From: a bacterium
GTDB lineage: Bacteria; SAR324; XYD2-FULL-50-16
Direction of reading: 5' to 3'
Assembly (NCBI GenBank): GCA_032250835.1
Contig: JAVVEA010000002.1
Location: 176,415-240,414, forward strand
DNA length: 64,000 bases
The notes below the pieces were generated by a model. That model saw nothing but the letters and a program-made list of their open reading frames with translations, searched no databases and was not told the origin of the DNA. This document shows positions 1 through 9,275 of the stretch, piece by piece (position 1 is the first letter of the stretch; the number at the start of each line of letters is the position of its first letter). The translations under genes and the position numbers were made by a program.

Positions 1-1053
1 AAAGTTATAATTAAAGTCCCGGCGGCGCGGGGTGAGCTCCGCGTCTTCGATCAACTTGCGGGCCTGCTCTTCAGTCGCCAAGCCATGGCTGCGCAAAACG
101 TTTTCTTCTAAGACCGGACTAGAAATGTCGTTAGCGCCCATGTGCAGGGCCAACTTGCCGATCTCGGGCCCTAAGACCATCACCGAAACCTCGATGTTTA
201 AGATGTTGTCCAAATAGAGGCGGCAAAGCGCTAGTAGCTTCAAGTATTGGTGGTGCGGGATCTTCTGGACCGGGAAGTCCTTGGTTTGGGGCTGGAAGGT
301 CCAGGGGATAAAGCTCGAAAAGCCGCCGGTCTGGTCTTGGACCTGGCGCACCAACTCTAAGTGCCCGATCACCTCTTTTTGGGTCTCCACCGAACCGATC
401 ACAATATTGGCTGAGCCGCCCAGGCCCATCTGGTGGCATTCGCCCAAGATCAGGGCCCATTCTTCGGGGCTACATTTTTTGGGGCTCAAGAGGTCGCGCA
501 CCCGCTCGGCTAAAATCTCGGCCCCCGCACCTGGAACTGAGTCTAGGCCCGCCTCCTTAAGTTGGCGGATCAAGTCTGGCAGCGGCACGCCCGAAGACTT
601 GGCTAAGTCCCGCAGTTCGACGGGAGAGAAACCCCGGATATGGCAACCAAAGCGCTCTTTGACCGCCGAAAGGGCCTCAAGGTAGTAGTCCAACCCTAAC
701 GCCGGGTTGACGCCGCCTTGGAAAAATATCTGGTCCGCGCCCCGGTCATGAGCTTCTTGGGTGGCCTGTAAGACTTCTTCGACGGGCATTACATAAGCCC
801 GTTGTTCGCCGGGATTTTTTTTGAAGCTGCAAAAGGTACAGTCGATGTTGCAGATGTTGGTGTAGTTGATGATCCGGAACATGGTGTAGGAAGCCCAACC
901 GGCCCCGATTTGGGCAATGCGCCGCTGCTGAGCCAATTGGCCCAGTTCCAACCAACTGGCTTTTTCCAGCAAAAACAATCCCTGGTCCGGGGTGATCCGC
1001 TCGCCCGCCTCGATGGCTTGATAAAGCTCTTTTAGCTGGGGGTCTTGGGTCAT
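1..1053 (-). CDS. Radical SAM enzyme of the MqnC/MqnE (futalosine-pathway menaquinone) family. C-terminus runs off the window start (351 codons, no stop).
   Basis: Hand translation of the minus strand from ATG at 1053 gives MTQDPQLKELYQAIEAGERITPDQGLFLLE...INYTNICNIDCTFCSFKKNPGE with a Cx3Cx2C radical-SAM cluster motif. No stop through position 1. Start overlaps the mnmG stop (ATGA). Missing from the ORF track because it has no in-window stop. Confidence 0.6.
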   Translation of the reverse strand, partial: MTQDPQLKELYQAIEAGERITPDQGLFLLEKASWLELGQLAQQRRIAQIGAGWASYTMFRIINYTNICNIDCTFCSFKKNPGEQRAYVMPVEEVLQATQEAHDRGADQIFFQGGVNPALGLDYYLEALSAVKERFGCHIRGFSPVELRDLAKSSGVPLPDLIRQLKEAGLDSVPGAGAEILAERVRDLLSPKKCSPEEWALILGECHQMGLGGSANIVIGSVETQKEVIGHLELVRQVQDQTGGFSSFIPWTFQPQTKDFPVQKIPHHQYLKLLALCRLYLDNILNIEVSVMVLGPEIGKLALHMGANDISSPVLEENVLRSHGLATEEQARKLIEDAELTPRRRDFNYNF

Positions 1054-2906
1054 TTTTTCCTTTTATTTAAGGCCACCATCAAGAGGGTGATGGCCGCAGG
1101 GGTCACGCCGCTGATCTTGGCTGCTTGCCCCAAGGTTTGGGGCCGGGCCTGACTCAATTTTTGGGTCACTTCGATGCTCAGCCCGCTGACGCCGGCATAG
1201 TCGAAGTCGGTGGGCACACGGATGGCCTCGATCTTTAAATAGTTGTGCACCTGAGATTCCTGCCGCCGGATATAGCCCTCATATTTGAGTTCCGTTTCCA
1301 CATGGTGGCGAACCGCCTCGTCGAAGGGAGCCAGCTCAGCCAACTCACCCGAAGCGATCAAGGGGTCTAAGTCTTTGAACTGGTGGTCCGGCTTTTTTAG
1401 GTAAGCCCCCAGTTTGAGTCGTGAATCCAAGGCCGGGGCCCCCGGCGTTTCGCTGCGCGGCACCACCAGGTCTTCGGTCAGTTGGACCAACTGGGCTATG
1501 GCCTGGGTCTTGGTCTCGAAACGGGCCCATTTGAGGTCATCTAAGAGGCCCAACTGGCGGCCCAGTGGGCTCAAGCGGCGGTCGGCGTTGTCTTCGCGTA
1601 GCAGCAAGCGGTATTCAGCGCGGCTGGTGAACATCCGGTAAGGTTCGGCGGTGCCTTTAGAGACCAAGTCATCAATCAAAACGCCGATGTAGCCTTCGTT
1701 GCGTTTTAAGACCAGTGGCTCCCGCTCCAAAACCCGCTGCGCGGCGTTGATGCCTGCCATTAAGCCCTGGGCGGCGGCTTCTTCGTAGCCGCTGGTGCCG
1801 TTGATCTGTCCGGCGCAGAAAAATCCGTCTAAGTCTTTGTGTTCTAGGGTCGCTTGTAACTGGGTCGGTTGCAGAAAGTCGTATTCGATAGCGTAGCCGG
1901 GGCGCACGATCTCTACTTTTTCCAGGCCGGTGATGCTGCGCATGAACTCAATCTGCACCTCCAAAGGCAGGCTGGTGGACATGCCGTTGGGGTAAAATTC
2001 AAAGCTTTGTAGGCTGGTGGGCTCGATAAAGATCTGGTGCCGGTCTTTGTCGGGGAACTTTTTGATCTTGTCTTCGATCGAGGGGCAATAGCGGGGCCCC
2101 GTGCCGGTAATGGCCCCGGAATACATGGCCGAACGGTGTAGGTTCTTTTCGATGATGCCCTGTCCCTCGGGCGTGGTGTGGGTGATGTAACAGGGCACCT
2201 GAGTTAGCGGGACCGAAGTTTCCCAAAAGGAAAAGGGGGCCATGTCGGCGTCGCCGGGCTGTAATTCCATCTGGCTAAAATCAATGGTCCGGCCGTCGAG
2301 GCGGGGGGTGGTACCCGTCTTCAGCCGTCCGACCTCCAAGCCCATGGCGCGCAGTTGTTCGCCTAAAGGCAGACTGGGAAATTCCCAAGCCCGTCCCGCT
2401 GGGTATTGGCGGTCGCCAATGTGGATCAGGCCGTTTAAGAAGGTCCCTGCGGTCAAGACTACCGAGTGGGCCTGCAACTGCTGGCCCATTTGGGTGGTCA
2501 CGCCGGTCACTTGCTGGCCCTCGATAATCAGGCCGGTCACCTCCGCTTGACGCAGCGTCAGGCCCGGTTGGGCTTCAATGCGCCGCCGCATTTCGGCCTT
2601 GTAGGCGATCATGTCGCTTTGGCAGCGGCTCGCCTGCACCGCCGGGCCCTTGGCGCGGTTGAGCAGGCGGAATTGGATGGCCGTTTGGTCGGCCACTAAG
2701 CCCATTTCGCCGCCCAGGGCGTCGATCTCTTTGACCAAATGTCCCTTGGCCAGCCCTCCGATGGCCGGGTTGCAGCTCATGGCCGCCACGTTGTCCACCG
2801 TTTGGGTCAACAGCAAACAAGAGACGCCCATGCGCGCCGCCGCCAAGGCTGCTTCAGCCCCGGCGTGGCCCGCGCCGACCACAATCACGTCCCATTTTTC
2901 CATCAA
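1050..2906 (-). CDS. mnmG: tRNA uridine 5-carboxymethylaminomethyl modification enzyme MnmG/GidA
   Basis: 618 aa. N-terminal FAD-binding VIVVGAGHAGAEAA, and full-length GidA-like sequence. Confidence 0.95.
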   Translation of the reverse strand: MMEKWDVIVVGAGHAGAEAALAAARMGVSCLLLTQTVDNVAAMSCNPAIGGLAKGHLVKEIDALGGEMGLVADQTAIQFRLLNRAKGPAVQASRCQSDMIAYKAEMRRRIEAQPGLTLRQAEVTGLIIEGQQVTGVTTQMGQQLQAHSVVLTAGTFLNGLIHIGDRQYPAGRAWEFPSLPLGEQLRAMGLEVGRLKTGTTPRLDGRTIDFSQMELQPGDADMAPFSFWETSVPLTQVPCYITHTTPEGQGIIEKNLHRSAMYSGAITGTGPRYCPSIEDKIKKFPDKDRHQIFIEPTSLQSFEFYPNGMSTSLPLEVQIEFMRSITGLEKVEIVRPGYAIEYDFLQPTQLQATLEHKDLDGFFCAGQINGTSGYEEAAAQGLMAGINAAQRVLEREPLVLKRNEGYIGVLIDDLVSKGTAEPYRMFTSRAEYRLLLREDNADRRLSPLGRQLGLLDDLKWARFETKTQAIAQLVQLTEDLVVPRSETPGAPALDSRLKLGAYLKKPDHQFKDLDPLIASGELAELAPFDEAVRHHVETELKYEGYIRRQESQVHNYLKIEAIRVPTDFDYAGVSGLSIEVTQKLSQARPQTLGQAAKISGVTPAAITLLMVALNKRKK

Positions 2907-3006
2907 ATCGCCTTAGGCAGGATAAAGATTAAGGGGGCCAAGGGCCTAAAGGTCTGAACAAACCGAGGATTGGCATTGTATTCGCATCGCTTAGGAGGTA
3001 ACCGGA

Positions 3007-3030
3007 GACCGCCTGTGGCGGTTTCTTTAT
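3007..3030 (+). terminator. Orphan intrinsic-terminator-like hairpin (GACCGCC-tgt-GGCGGT followed by TTCTTTAT) with no upstream + strand gene
   Basis: Stem, loop and T-rich tail read directly from the sequence. A perfect AGGAGG lies at 2993-2998 just upstream. Confidence 0.3.
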
Positions 3031-3093
3031 CGGGTCCTAAAGGGTTAAGCTATCGGGACCGCAAAATTGCGTCAATTGTAGCCGGAGGATGTT

Positions 3094-3324
3094 ATGAACA
3101 CCATGGGGTACTTGCAGTTCTTTGAAGGGCTCGCAGAAAAGACCCAGGGCGCTTTTTTGATGGAGCGGCTGGGTTCTCGCCGAGCCAAACCGGACCCCTG
3201 CGGTCAAGTCTTTACCCACCGCTGTCGATTCGAACGCGGCAAGGACCGTTTTGAAGGTCGTGGGGTCTCACGTAAAGAGGCTTTACAGGAGCTTTACCGC
3301 CAGCTTAGAAAAATCAAACCCTAA
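3094..3324 (+). CDS. Hypothetical small basic protein (76 aa)
   Basis: GGAGGA Shine-Dalgarno 5 nt upstream of the ATG. Sits in a 590 bp divergent intergenic region. No recognisable domain. Confidence 0.3.
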   Translation: MNTMGYLQFFEGLAEKTQGAFLMERLGSRRAKPDPCGQVFTHRCRFERGKDRFEGRGVSRKEALQELYRQLRKIKP

Positions 3325-3498
3325 GGAACTTTAAGCCTCCTTCCGCTGCCCTAAACTGTTAAGGGGGCTTTACTGTTCTTTGCGGCCCCCACAATTCCGC
3401 TTTTTCATCGACAAATCGACTCATTGCCCGTAGAGTCCTTAGTTCCGTAAAACCAACTCCCAAACAGCAACGGATCGACTCCCAACTTTTGGCAGGCC

Positions 3499-4512
3499 AT
3501 GACTGCGAAAAAGATGAACAAACCCGCATTCTACAAAGCACTCAACGACCCGGACTTCTATCCCGAAGCGAACCGGCAGATTAAGTGCGACGAATCCAAC
3601 TCATTTTGGATTTTTAAGACCGGACCCTGGGTCTATAAGGTCATGAAACCGGTCCCTAAATTGAGCCCGATGCTTCAAGAGGCCTACCTCTCGGAGCTGG
3701 TTGCCGCCTCAAACCGCCTTTCGCCGCAACTGGAAACCAGCATGACCGGCTTGGTCGGCGAAGGGGACCAGTGGAAGCTTGCCAGTGGTTTGGCGCCTGG
3801 AGCAGCCCCTTTTTATGTGCTCAAACAAAAGCAACTGACCGACCGTGGGTTCTTAGACCAGCTCTTAGCTAAAGATAAACTGGGTGCCAAGCAAGCCAAA
3901 GACGTAGCTAAGGCTCTTTGGACCTTCCACGAAGGCCTGGGGCAAATCAATCCCAAAGAAGCGCCGGGGCCTGACGAGCTGCTAGAAAAGCTAAAGGACC
4001 TCTATTACCAGTCCAAAAAGTTCCTGGGCCAAACCTTGACCAAGGCCATGGTGGACCTCAGCACCCGTCCCTTGGAGGTTTATCTGACAGACCGCAAGAA
4101 GCTGCTGGCCCGCCGGGTCCGCAAGGGGTTTGTGAGTTATTACCACGGTTCCTTAGACCTCAAACGGGTCCATTGGGCCTCCGACGGGGTGGCCTTCATC
4201 GCTAAGAGTGAAGAGGCCGTCAAGGACCGTTATGGCGACCGGATCAGCGACCTGGCGGATCTTTGTGTGGCTTTGGAGCATGAAGGAAAAGGCGAGTGGT
4301 CCCAAGTTTTGGTCGAAGAATACCAAAAACACTGTGGCGACCCGGACGTTGCCGAGTTACTGCCCCTTTACCGGGCTATGCGCACGCTTAAGATGGGCCT
4401 ACATCATTCGGTGGTCATGGGCCTCGGCGGTCCTGAAGCCGAAGTCGAAGCTGAGAAAGCGCTGGCCAAGAGCTATTTTGAACAGACCGTAATCATTGCT
4501 AACAGTTTGTAA
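3499..4512 (+). CDS. Hypothetical protein, possibly a degenerate protein-kinase-like fold
   Basis: 337 aa. VYKVMKP (VAIK-like Lys), EAYLSEL (alphaC Glu), HGSLDLKRV (HRDLKPEN-like loop), SDGVAF (DFG-like). Motifs are degenerate. Stop at 4510-4512 lies 1 nt before the next gene's ATG. Confidence 0.45.
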   Translation: MTAKKMNKPAFYKALNDPDFYPEANRQIKCDESNSFWIFKTGPWVYKVMKPVPKLSPMLQEAYLSELVAASNRLSPQLETSMTGLVGEGDQWKLASGLAPGAAPFYVLKQKQLTDRGFLDQLLAKDKLGAKQAKDVAKALWTFHEGLGQINPKEAPGPDELLEKLKDLYYQSKKFLGQTLTKAMVDLSTRPLEVYLTDRKKLLARRVRKGFVSYYHGSLDLKRVHWASDGVAFIAKSEEAVKDRYGDRISDLADLCVALEHEGKGEWSQVLVEEYQKHCGDPDVAELLPLYRAMRTLKMGLHHSVVMGLGGPEAEVEAEKALAKSYFEQTVIIANSL

Positions 4513-4513
4513 T

Positions 4514-7225
4514 ATGAAGAGATTGGTGCTTGTCCTGCTGGCCCTTTTGGTCAGCGGGTCTTTGATGGCTGAGCGCTTTGTGCCGCACTCGGACCTGATT
4601 CCTCATGTGTTGGAGTTAGTCAACCGGGGCTATGTGGACCAGAACCGCGCCCAGCCCTTGAAAATGCTCGAAGGGGCTTTAGAGCGGGTCAGCGCTGCGG
4701 TGGCACCGGTCTTGACTCGGGTGAAAACCCTTGATGGGAAGGTCATCATCGAGGTCCATGTCGATAAGTTCGATAAAACCATCACGGCCAAGATCCCCAA
4801 AGACCTAGGTGAGCTGAATGGGCTGTTGCAGGAGGTGGCCTATTTCATCAAACTGCACCTGAACAATGACGATGACCCTGGCGAGGTGGACTACGCCTTA
4901 ATCAACGGCTTCTTAAAGCAGCTCGACCCCCACACCACCCTATTGGTGCCCGACGTCTATTCCGAATTCTCCACCAGCACCAGTGGGAACTTTGGTGGCG
5001 TGGGCATGATGATCGGTCTACGAAAAGGCGACCTGACCATCATCAGCCCGATCGACGGCACCCCGGCCAGCCGCGCCGGACTACGCGCCAAGGACCGGAT
5101 CGTCCAGATCGATGATGAATCAACGGTCAACATGTCGCTCAGCGACGCGGTCAAAAAGTTACGCGGCGAGATCAACACCAAGGTGGTGATCTACATTCTG
5201 CGCGAAGGCATCGCCTCGCCGAAAAAGGTGGTGATCACCCGGGCCTTGATTAAGGTCAACTCAGTGGAGTCCCACGTTTATGAAGTGCAAGGTAAGCGGG
5301 TGGGTTATATCCAACTCAAAACCTTCCAGAAAAACACCATCGAAGAAATCAACGAAGCACTCGACGGGATGGACTACGACCTCAACAGCTTCGGCGGGTT
5401 GATCTTAGACCTACGCAATAACCCAGGTGGTTTGTTGTCCCAGGCGATTCAGGTGAGCGACCGCTTCATCAAAAAAGGTGTGATTGTCGCTACGGCCGGT
5501 TTAGATGCCGGTTCGGTCCAGGCCTACAAGGCCCAATGGTTTGCTAGCTTAACCGAGATCCCCATGGTGGTCTTGATCAACACGGGCTCGGCCTCGGCCT
5601 CAGAGATCGTCACCGCTGCATTGAAGAAAAACGACCGCGCTGTGGTCTTGGGCAACCGCTCTTTCGGTAAGGGATCGGTCCAGCAGGTGATCCCCCTGCC
5701 CGGCGGTTCCGCGCTGAAGATGACCACGTCAAAATACCTGACCCCCGGCAATATATCGATCCAGTCGGTGGGCGTCAGTCCTCATATTGAGGTGGTTCCC
5801 TACTATATCTCCAAAGACTTTGTGCGGGTCACGCCCGAATCACCGGACTCCACCGAAGGCAGCCTGGACGAAAATTTCGCCGAATGGGGCGACAAAGCTG
5901 AAGACCCCGAACGGACCGTTTTTTATCTCTTCAAAGAAGAACCGAAAATAGAAGAGGGCCACGAGCCTGAAGAGCCCATTGACGAAAGCGAAGAGGCCAA
6001 ATGGGAGCGTTTGGGCGAAGACTTTTTGGTCCAAAGCGGCCTGAATATCTTAGCCAAGAACGACAGCCCCCGGCAGCCCAAATTGCTCGCCGAGGCTCAC
6101 CGGTACATGATCGCAGAGGAAAAAGGGCAAGAAGAAAAATTGGCCCAGCGCTTCAAGGAGTTTGACACCGACTGGACCGCTTTGCCCCTAAAAGGCCAGC
6201 CCAAGTTGGCTGTAGACGCTTGGTTAGAAGTCAAAGAAGGCGAGCAATGGAAGCGCAGCAAGGGACCCCTCAAAGCCAAAGACCAAGCACGTTTCCACCT
6301 GAAGGTGACCAATCAAGGCGGCGGCAATGCCTCCCGCTTGATCGCCACCAGCAAGAGCGAAAACCCCATCTTTGACGAACGACAATTCGCCTTTGGCAGC
6401 CTCAAGCCCGGCCAAAGTTCCGAGTGGTCGGTGCCCGTTGAAGTGCCCGAAGGCGTGGTTGCGCGCAACGACCGGGTGGAATTTAAATTCACCGACCAGC
6501 GCGAGAAGGTCTTGGCGAGCGACGAACTGGCCGTTGGGATCGAACCCCGGCCTTGGCCCAGCTTCGCCTATAAAATCACCTTTACGGACCAGGGTCACGG
6601 AGCCAGCGGCAACGGAGACGGTTTGGTGCAGCCCGGCGAAACCATTGCCGTGAAGGTGGAAGTGACCAACCAGGGTGCCGGTGACGCCAGCAAGGTGACG
6701 CTGCTCTGGAAAAACGGCGAAGGAGAAAAGGTCTTTTTGAAAAATGGCCGGATCAACTTAGAGGACCTCAAGGCGGGGCAAAGCAGCACCGCTTGGTTCC
6801 TCTTTGACTACAAAGAAAAGGCGCTCGACGGGGTCTTGGACTTTAGTTTTGACCTGCTCGACTCGGTTTTCCCGCTGGCCTCAGCGAACCAGAAGATCAA
6901 GCTGCCTTTAGACCAAAAGAACTTTAGCCTGAGCAACGGTTTGGCCCAGTTTAGTTTCTCCAACGCCGATCCGGTGGTTTCGGGCCACCAGCTGCTGCTA
7001 AAGGGTCAAGTAGCAGACCCTAACGGGGTCAAAGATGTCTATGCCTTCGTGGACAAGACCAAGGTCTACTACCAAAACTTTGAAAGCGACGCCAAAACCA
7101 CGGCCGCAGACTTCCAGATTCCCCTGGAATTGGGTGCCGAGAGCAACCGGGTGATTTTAGTCACCCGAGACCGAGCCAACGTGGCGGTGCAGAAGACTCT
7201 GTTCATCCGCAAAGCGGCGAAATAG
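4514..7225 (+). CDS. S41 family C-terminal processing (tail-specific) peptidase with a C-terminal extension carrying two CARDB-like domains
   Basis: Signal peptide MKRLVLVLLALLVSGSLMA. PDZ/S41 core (GMMIGL, DLRNNPGG, GSASASEI, GKGSVQ). Then two VTNQGxGxAS motifs (HLKVTNQGGGNAS, VEVTNQGAGDAS) typical of CARDB. Confidence 0.8.
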   Translation: MKRLVLVLLALLVSGSLMAERFVPHSDLIPHVLELVNRGYVDQNRAQPLKMLEGALERVSAAVAPVLTRVKTLDGKVIIEVHVDKFDKTITAKIPKDLGELNGLLQEVAYFIKLHLNNDDDPGEVDYALINGFLKQLDPHTTLLVPDVYSEFSTSTSGNFGGVGMMIGLRKGDLTIISPIDGTPASRAGLRAKDRIVQIDDESTVNMSLSDAVKKLRGEINTKVVIYILREGIASPKKVVITRALIKVNSVESHVYEVQGKRVGYIQLKTFQKNTIEEINEALDGMDYDLNSFGGLILDLRNNPGGLLSQAIQVSDRFIKKGVIVATAGLDAGSVQAYKAQWFASLTEIPMVVLINTGSASASEIVTAALKKNDRAVVLGNRSFGKGSVQQVIPLPGGSALKMTTSKYLTPGNISIQSVGVSPHIEVVPYYISKDFVRVTPESPDSTEGSLDENFAEWGDKAEDPERTVFYLFKEEPKIEEGHEPEEPIDESEEAKWERLGEDFLVQSGLNILAKNDSPRQPKLLAEAHRYMIAEEKGQEEKLAQRFKEFDTDWTALPLKGQPKLAVDAWLEVKEGEQWKRSKGPLKAKDQARFHLKVTNQGGGNASRLIATSKSENPIFDERQFAFGSLKPGQSSEWSVPVEVPEGVVARNDRVEFKFTDQREKVLASDELAVGIEPRPWPSFAYKITFTDQGHGASGNGDGLVQPGETIAVKVEVTNQGAGDASKVTLLWKNGEGEKVFLKNGRINLEDLKAGQSSTAWFLFDYKEKALDGVLDFSFDLLDSVFPLASANQKIKLPLDQKNFSLSNGLAQFSFSNADPVVSGHQLLLKGQVADPNGVKDVYAFVDKTKVYYQNFESDAKTTAADFQIPLELGAESNRVILVTRDRANVAVQKTLFIRKAAK

Positions 7226-7254
7226 TTGCAATTTGTTGCCGGGACTGGTAACAA
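7226..7254 (+). promoter_or_regulatory. Sigma70-like promoter (TTGCAA, 17 nt spacer, TAACAA) for the 7371 gene
   Basis: Hexamers and spacing read from the sequence. Leaves a ~110 nt leader ending in the AAAGGAGAG Shine-Dalgarno. Confidence 0.3.
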
Positions 7255-7370
7255 TCGAGAAACTCAGAACTACCTGCTTGAGCGGTTCAGATGGCAACGA
7301 GGGAAGCCCTCTGAAGTGATCGTTCAAGTTAATTGAGGTTATCCTCAAATCGACCGAAAGGAGAGCAGCA

Positions 7371-9212
7371 ATGGCACGCGAGACCTTCACCAGGGGCCCC
7401 AATTACGTACACCCCGAAAAACCCTCAGCAGTGGGCTCACGCAACAGCTTGAACCGCACGGACCGCAACGAGTACGAAGAGGCCAAACAGGTTATTGACG
7501 AGGAAGTGGATAAGATCATCAACCACATCCACGCCAAGCTTCCGCCCGAGGTGTTGGAGCGCCTAGATGTGATGGGTTCGATCAAATCGAAGCTGCACAA
7601 CTACTTCAACCAAGATTTCCAGAACATGCTTAACCGCTATATCGTCACTATGGAAGACGAGATGGCGAAGAAGTTTCGGGATTTGGTCGACAAGGAAGAG
7701 AACCGCGCCTTAGCGGGCTACACCCCCCGAGGGATCACCGATATTTTAGAGCGCATCGGCGCGGCCGATAACCTCAATACCGGTGAGATTGAGCGCAGCA
7801 TCGTCAACATGTACGGCCATTTGCAGGGCCATATCGAGCGGGGCGTACGCGATCTTGAGGCGCACACCAACTCCTTGTTGCGCGAAAAGAGCGACGTCGG
7901 TGCCTTTGTGCGCGGCGACAACAGCTACGCCATCGTCAAATGCAGCTTCCGCGACAACCACAAGCGCCCCAAGGCGGTGATGGACCTGAAGCTTTCGATC
8001 AGCATCTTAGACTCAGAACTGATCAGCCCCATCTACCACTACCAAGTGCCCGTGACCTCTTTGGTCAAAGACGTGGTCGCCAAAAACATCCACAGCTTGA
8101 TCGACAAAGAGATCGACGAGTTGGCCAATGAGCGGATGGAAGCAGGCCAAACCTTAGGCGACCAGGACAAAGTCTTCGAGAAGTTTAAGGTCTTAGACAA
8201 GTACGTCAGCGACGAAGACGAGGAAATCCGCTACCAGTTCGTGGCCAAGCGCTTCTTGGACGCTGTCGAAGGCATCGGTGCCGAGATCGACGCCCAAGAC
8301 TACGACGCTCTGGGTATCCGCGAGAACATCAAAAAGATCATCGATAACCAGAACCTGCGCAACCGTGGCTTCAACACGGCGGTCAATGCCATCACCGGCA
8401 TTTTGGACAACAGCCGCATGGGTTATCAGTTCATCGAGAACTACAAAAACGCCCGCGAATGTGTTATCCGCGAGTATGAAGACGAAGATGAATACCGCTT
8501 GCCCGACGAGCGCTACAGCATCCGCTTGGCCTATTATGACCAAGAACAATTAAGCAGCCTACGCGGAGCTTACTTGAAGCAGGTCGAAGAACTGGACCGC
8601 GAAGTCAAACATCTTTGGGACGTCTGCGAGGGCATCTACAAGTCTGACCGCAGCAACAAGGGGTATGACGATTGGGAAACCTTATCTAAGAAGATGTTGC
8701 AGGGCGTCCCTACCGCCGCCGCTGCCGACAAGAAGAAAAAGAAGAAAGGTGAGCCCGAGGTGGCCGAAGAGGTTGAAGTCGCTCCTGAGAAAGAAGCCGC
8801 TTGGAACGAGATCAGCTTCATTGCCCCGGAAGTGACCCATGTGGACGAGAAGAACCCCACCTTGGAGCACAAGCTACAAGAGGTGGCTAACCGGTTCCCC
8901 TTGATGGCCGAAAAGATGACCAAAGTCTTCCACGACCAAAACGACGAAGTCCGTGTGGTGGTCGAGAAGCGTCTGGCTTTCTTAAAGAGCCAGTTCGAAG
9001 AGTTCAGCAACCTGATCAACCCCTTCCATATCCAACCGGGGTTGCTGTTGGACATCGACATCACCAGCATCAAGAAAAAGCAGACCACCATGAAGAACAT
9101 GTCGAACGTGATCAACGAGTTCCTCTATTCGGTCAGCAAAGGCTTTACTGATGAAGTGTTCTTGGGCTTCAACGCGCAAGAAGACATCACCCGGTCCGAG
9201 ATGGCCTCTTAA
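7371..9212 (+). CDS. Hypothetical 613-aa highly acidic, coiled-coil-rich soluble protein with no recognisable domain
   Basis: Strong Shine-Dalgarno AAAGGAGAG. Strong preference for C-ending two-fold codons (aac, gac, atc, ttc, cac). Internal AAAADKKKKKKGEPEVAEE linker. No transmembrane segment or signal peptide. Followed by an intrinsic terminator. Confidence 0.7.
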   Translation: MARETFTRGPNYVHPEKPSAVGSRNSLNRTDRNEYEEAKQVIDEEVDKIINHIHAKLPPEVLERLDVMGSIKSKLHNYFNQDFQNMLNRYIVTMEDEMAKKFRDLVDKEENRALAGYTPRGITDILERIGAADNLNTGEIERSIVNMYGHLQGHIERGVRDLEAHTNSLLREKSDVGAFVRGDNSYAIVKCSFRDNHKRPKAVMDLKLSISILDSELISPIYHYQVPVTSLVKDVVAKNIHSLIDKEIDELANERMEAGQTLGDQDKVFEKFKVLDKYVSDEDEEIRYQFVAKRFLDAVEGIGAEIDAQDYDALGIRENIKKIIDNQNLRNRGFNTAVNAITGILDNSRMGYQFIENYKNARECVIREYEDEDEYRLPDERYSIRLAYYDQEQLSSLRGAYLKQVEELDREVKHLWDVCEGIYKSDRSNKGYDDWETLSKKMLQGVPTAAAADKKKKKKGEPEVAEEVEVAPEKEAAWNEISFIAPEVTHVDEKNPTLEHKLQEVANRFPLMAEKMTKVFHDQNDEVRVVVEKRLAFLKSQFEEFSNLINPFHIQPGLLLDIDITSIKKKQTTMKNMSNVINEFLYSVSKGFTDEVFLGFNAQEDITRSEMAS

Positions 9213-9237
9213 GGCTGTTTCGCCACCGCAACCAAAT

Positions 9238-9275
9238 CCCCCCGGACCCCATCTGTGGAGTGCGGGGGGTTTTTT
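9238..9275 (+). terminator. Rho-independent terminator (CCCCCCG...CGGGGGG followed by TTTTTT)
   Basis: GC-rich stem plus T6 run immediately after the 7371..9212 stop. Confidence 0.7.

Noticed and set aside
131-955. ORF-track ORFs 131..460(-), 281..685(+) and 746..955(-) in the first kilobase
   Set aside because: They are Pro/Gly/Arg-rich alternative-frame ORFs typical of GC-rich DNA. The minus-strand frame starting at the ATG at 1053 gives a coherent radical-SAM protein across the whole interval.
7400-9180. Antisense ORFs (for example 8193..8549 and 8636..9115 on the minus strand) inside the 7371..9212 gene
   Set aside because: Low-complexity translations opposite a gene with strong codon bias. 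They have no Shine-Dalgarno sequences or start context.
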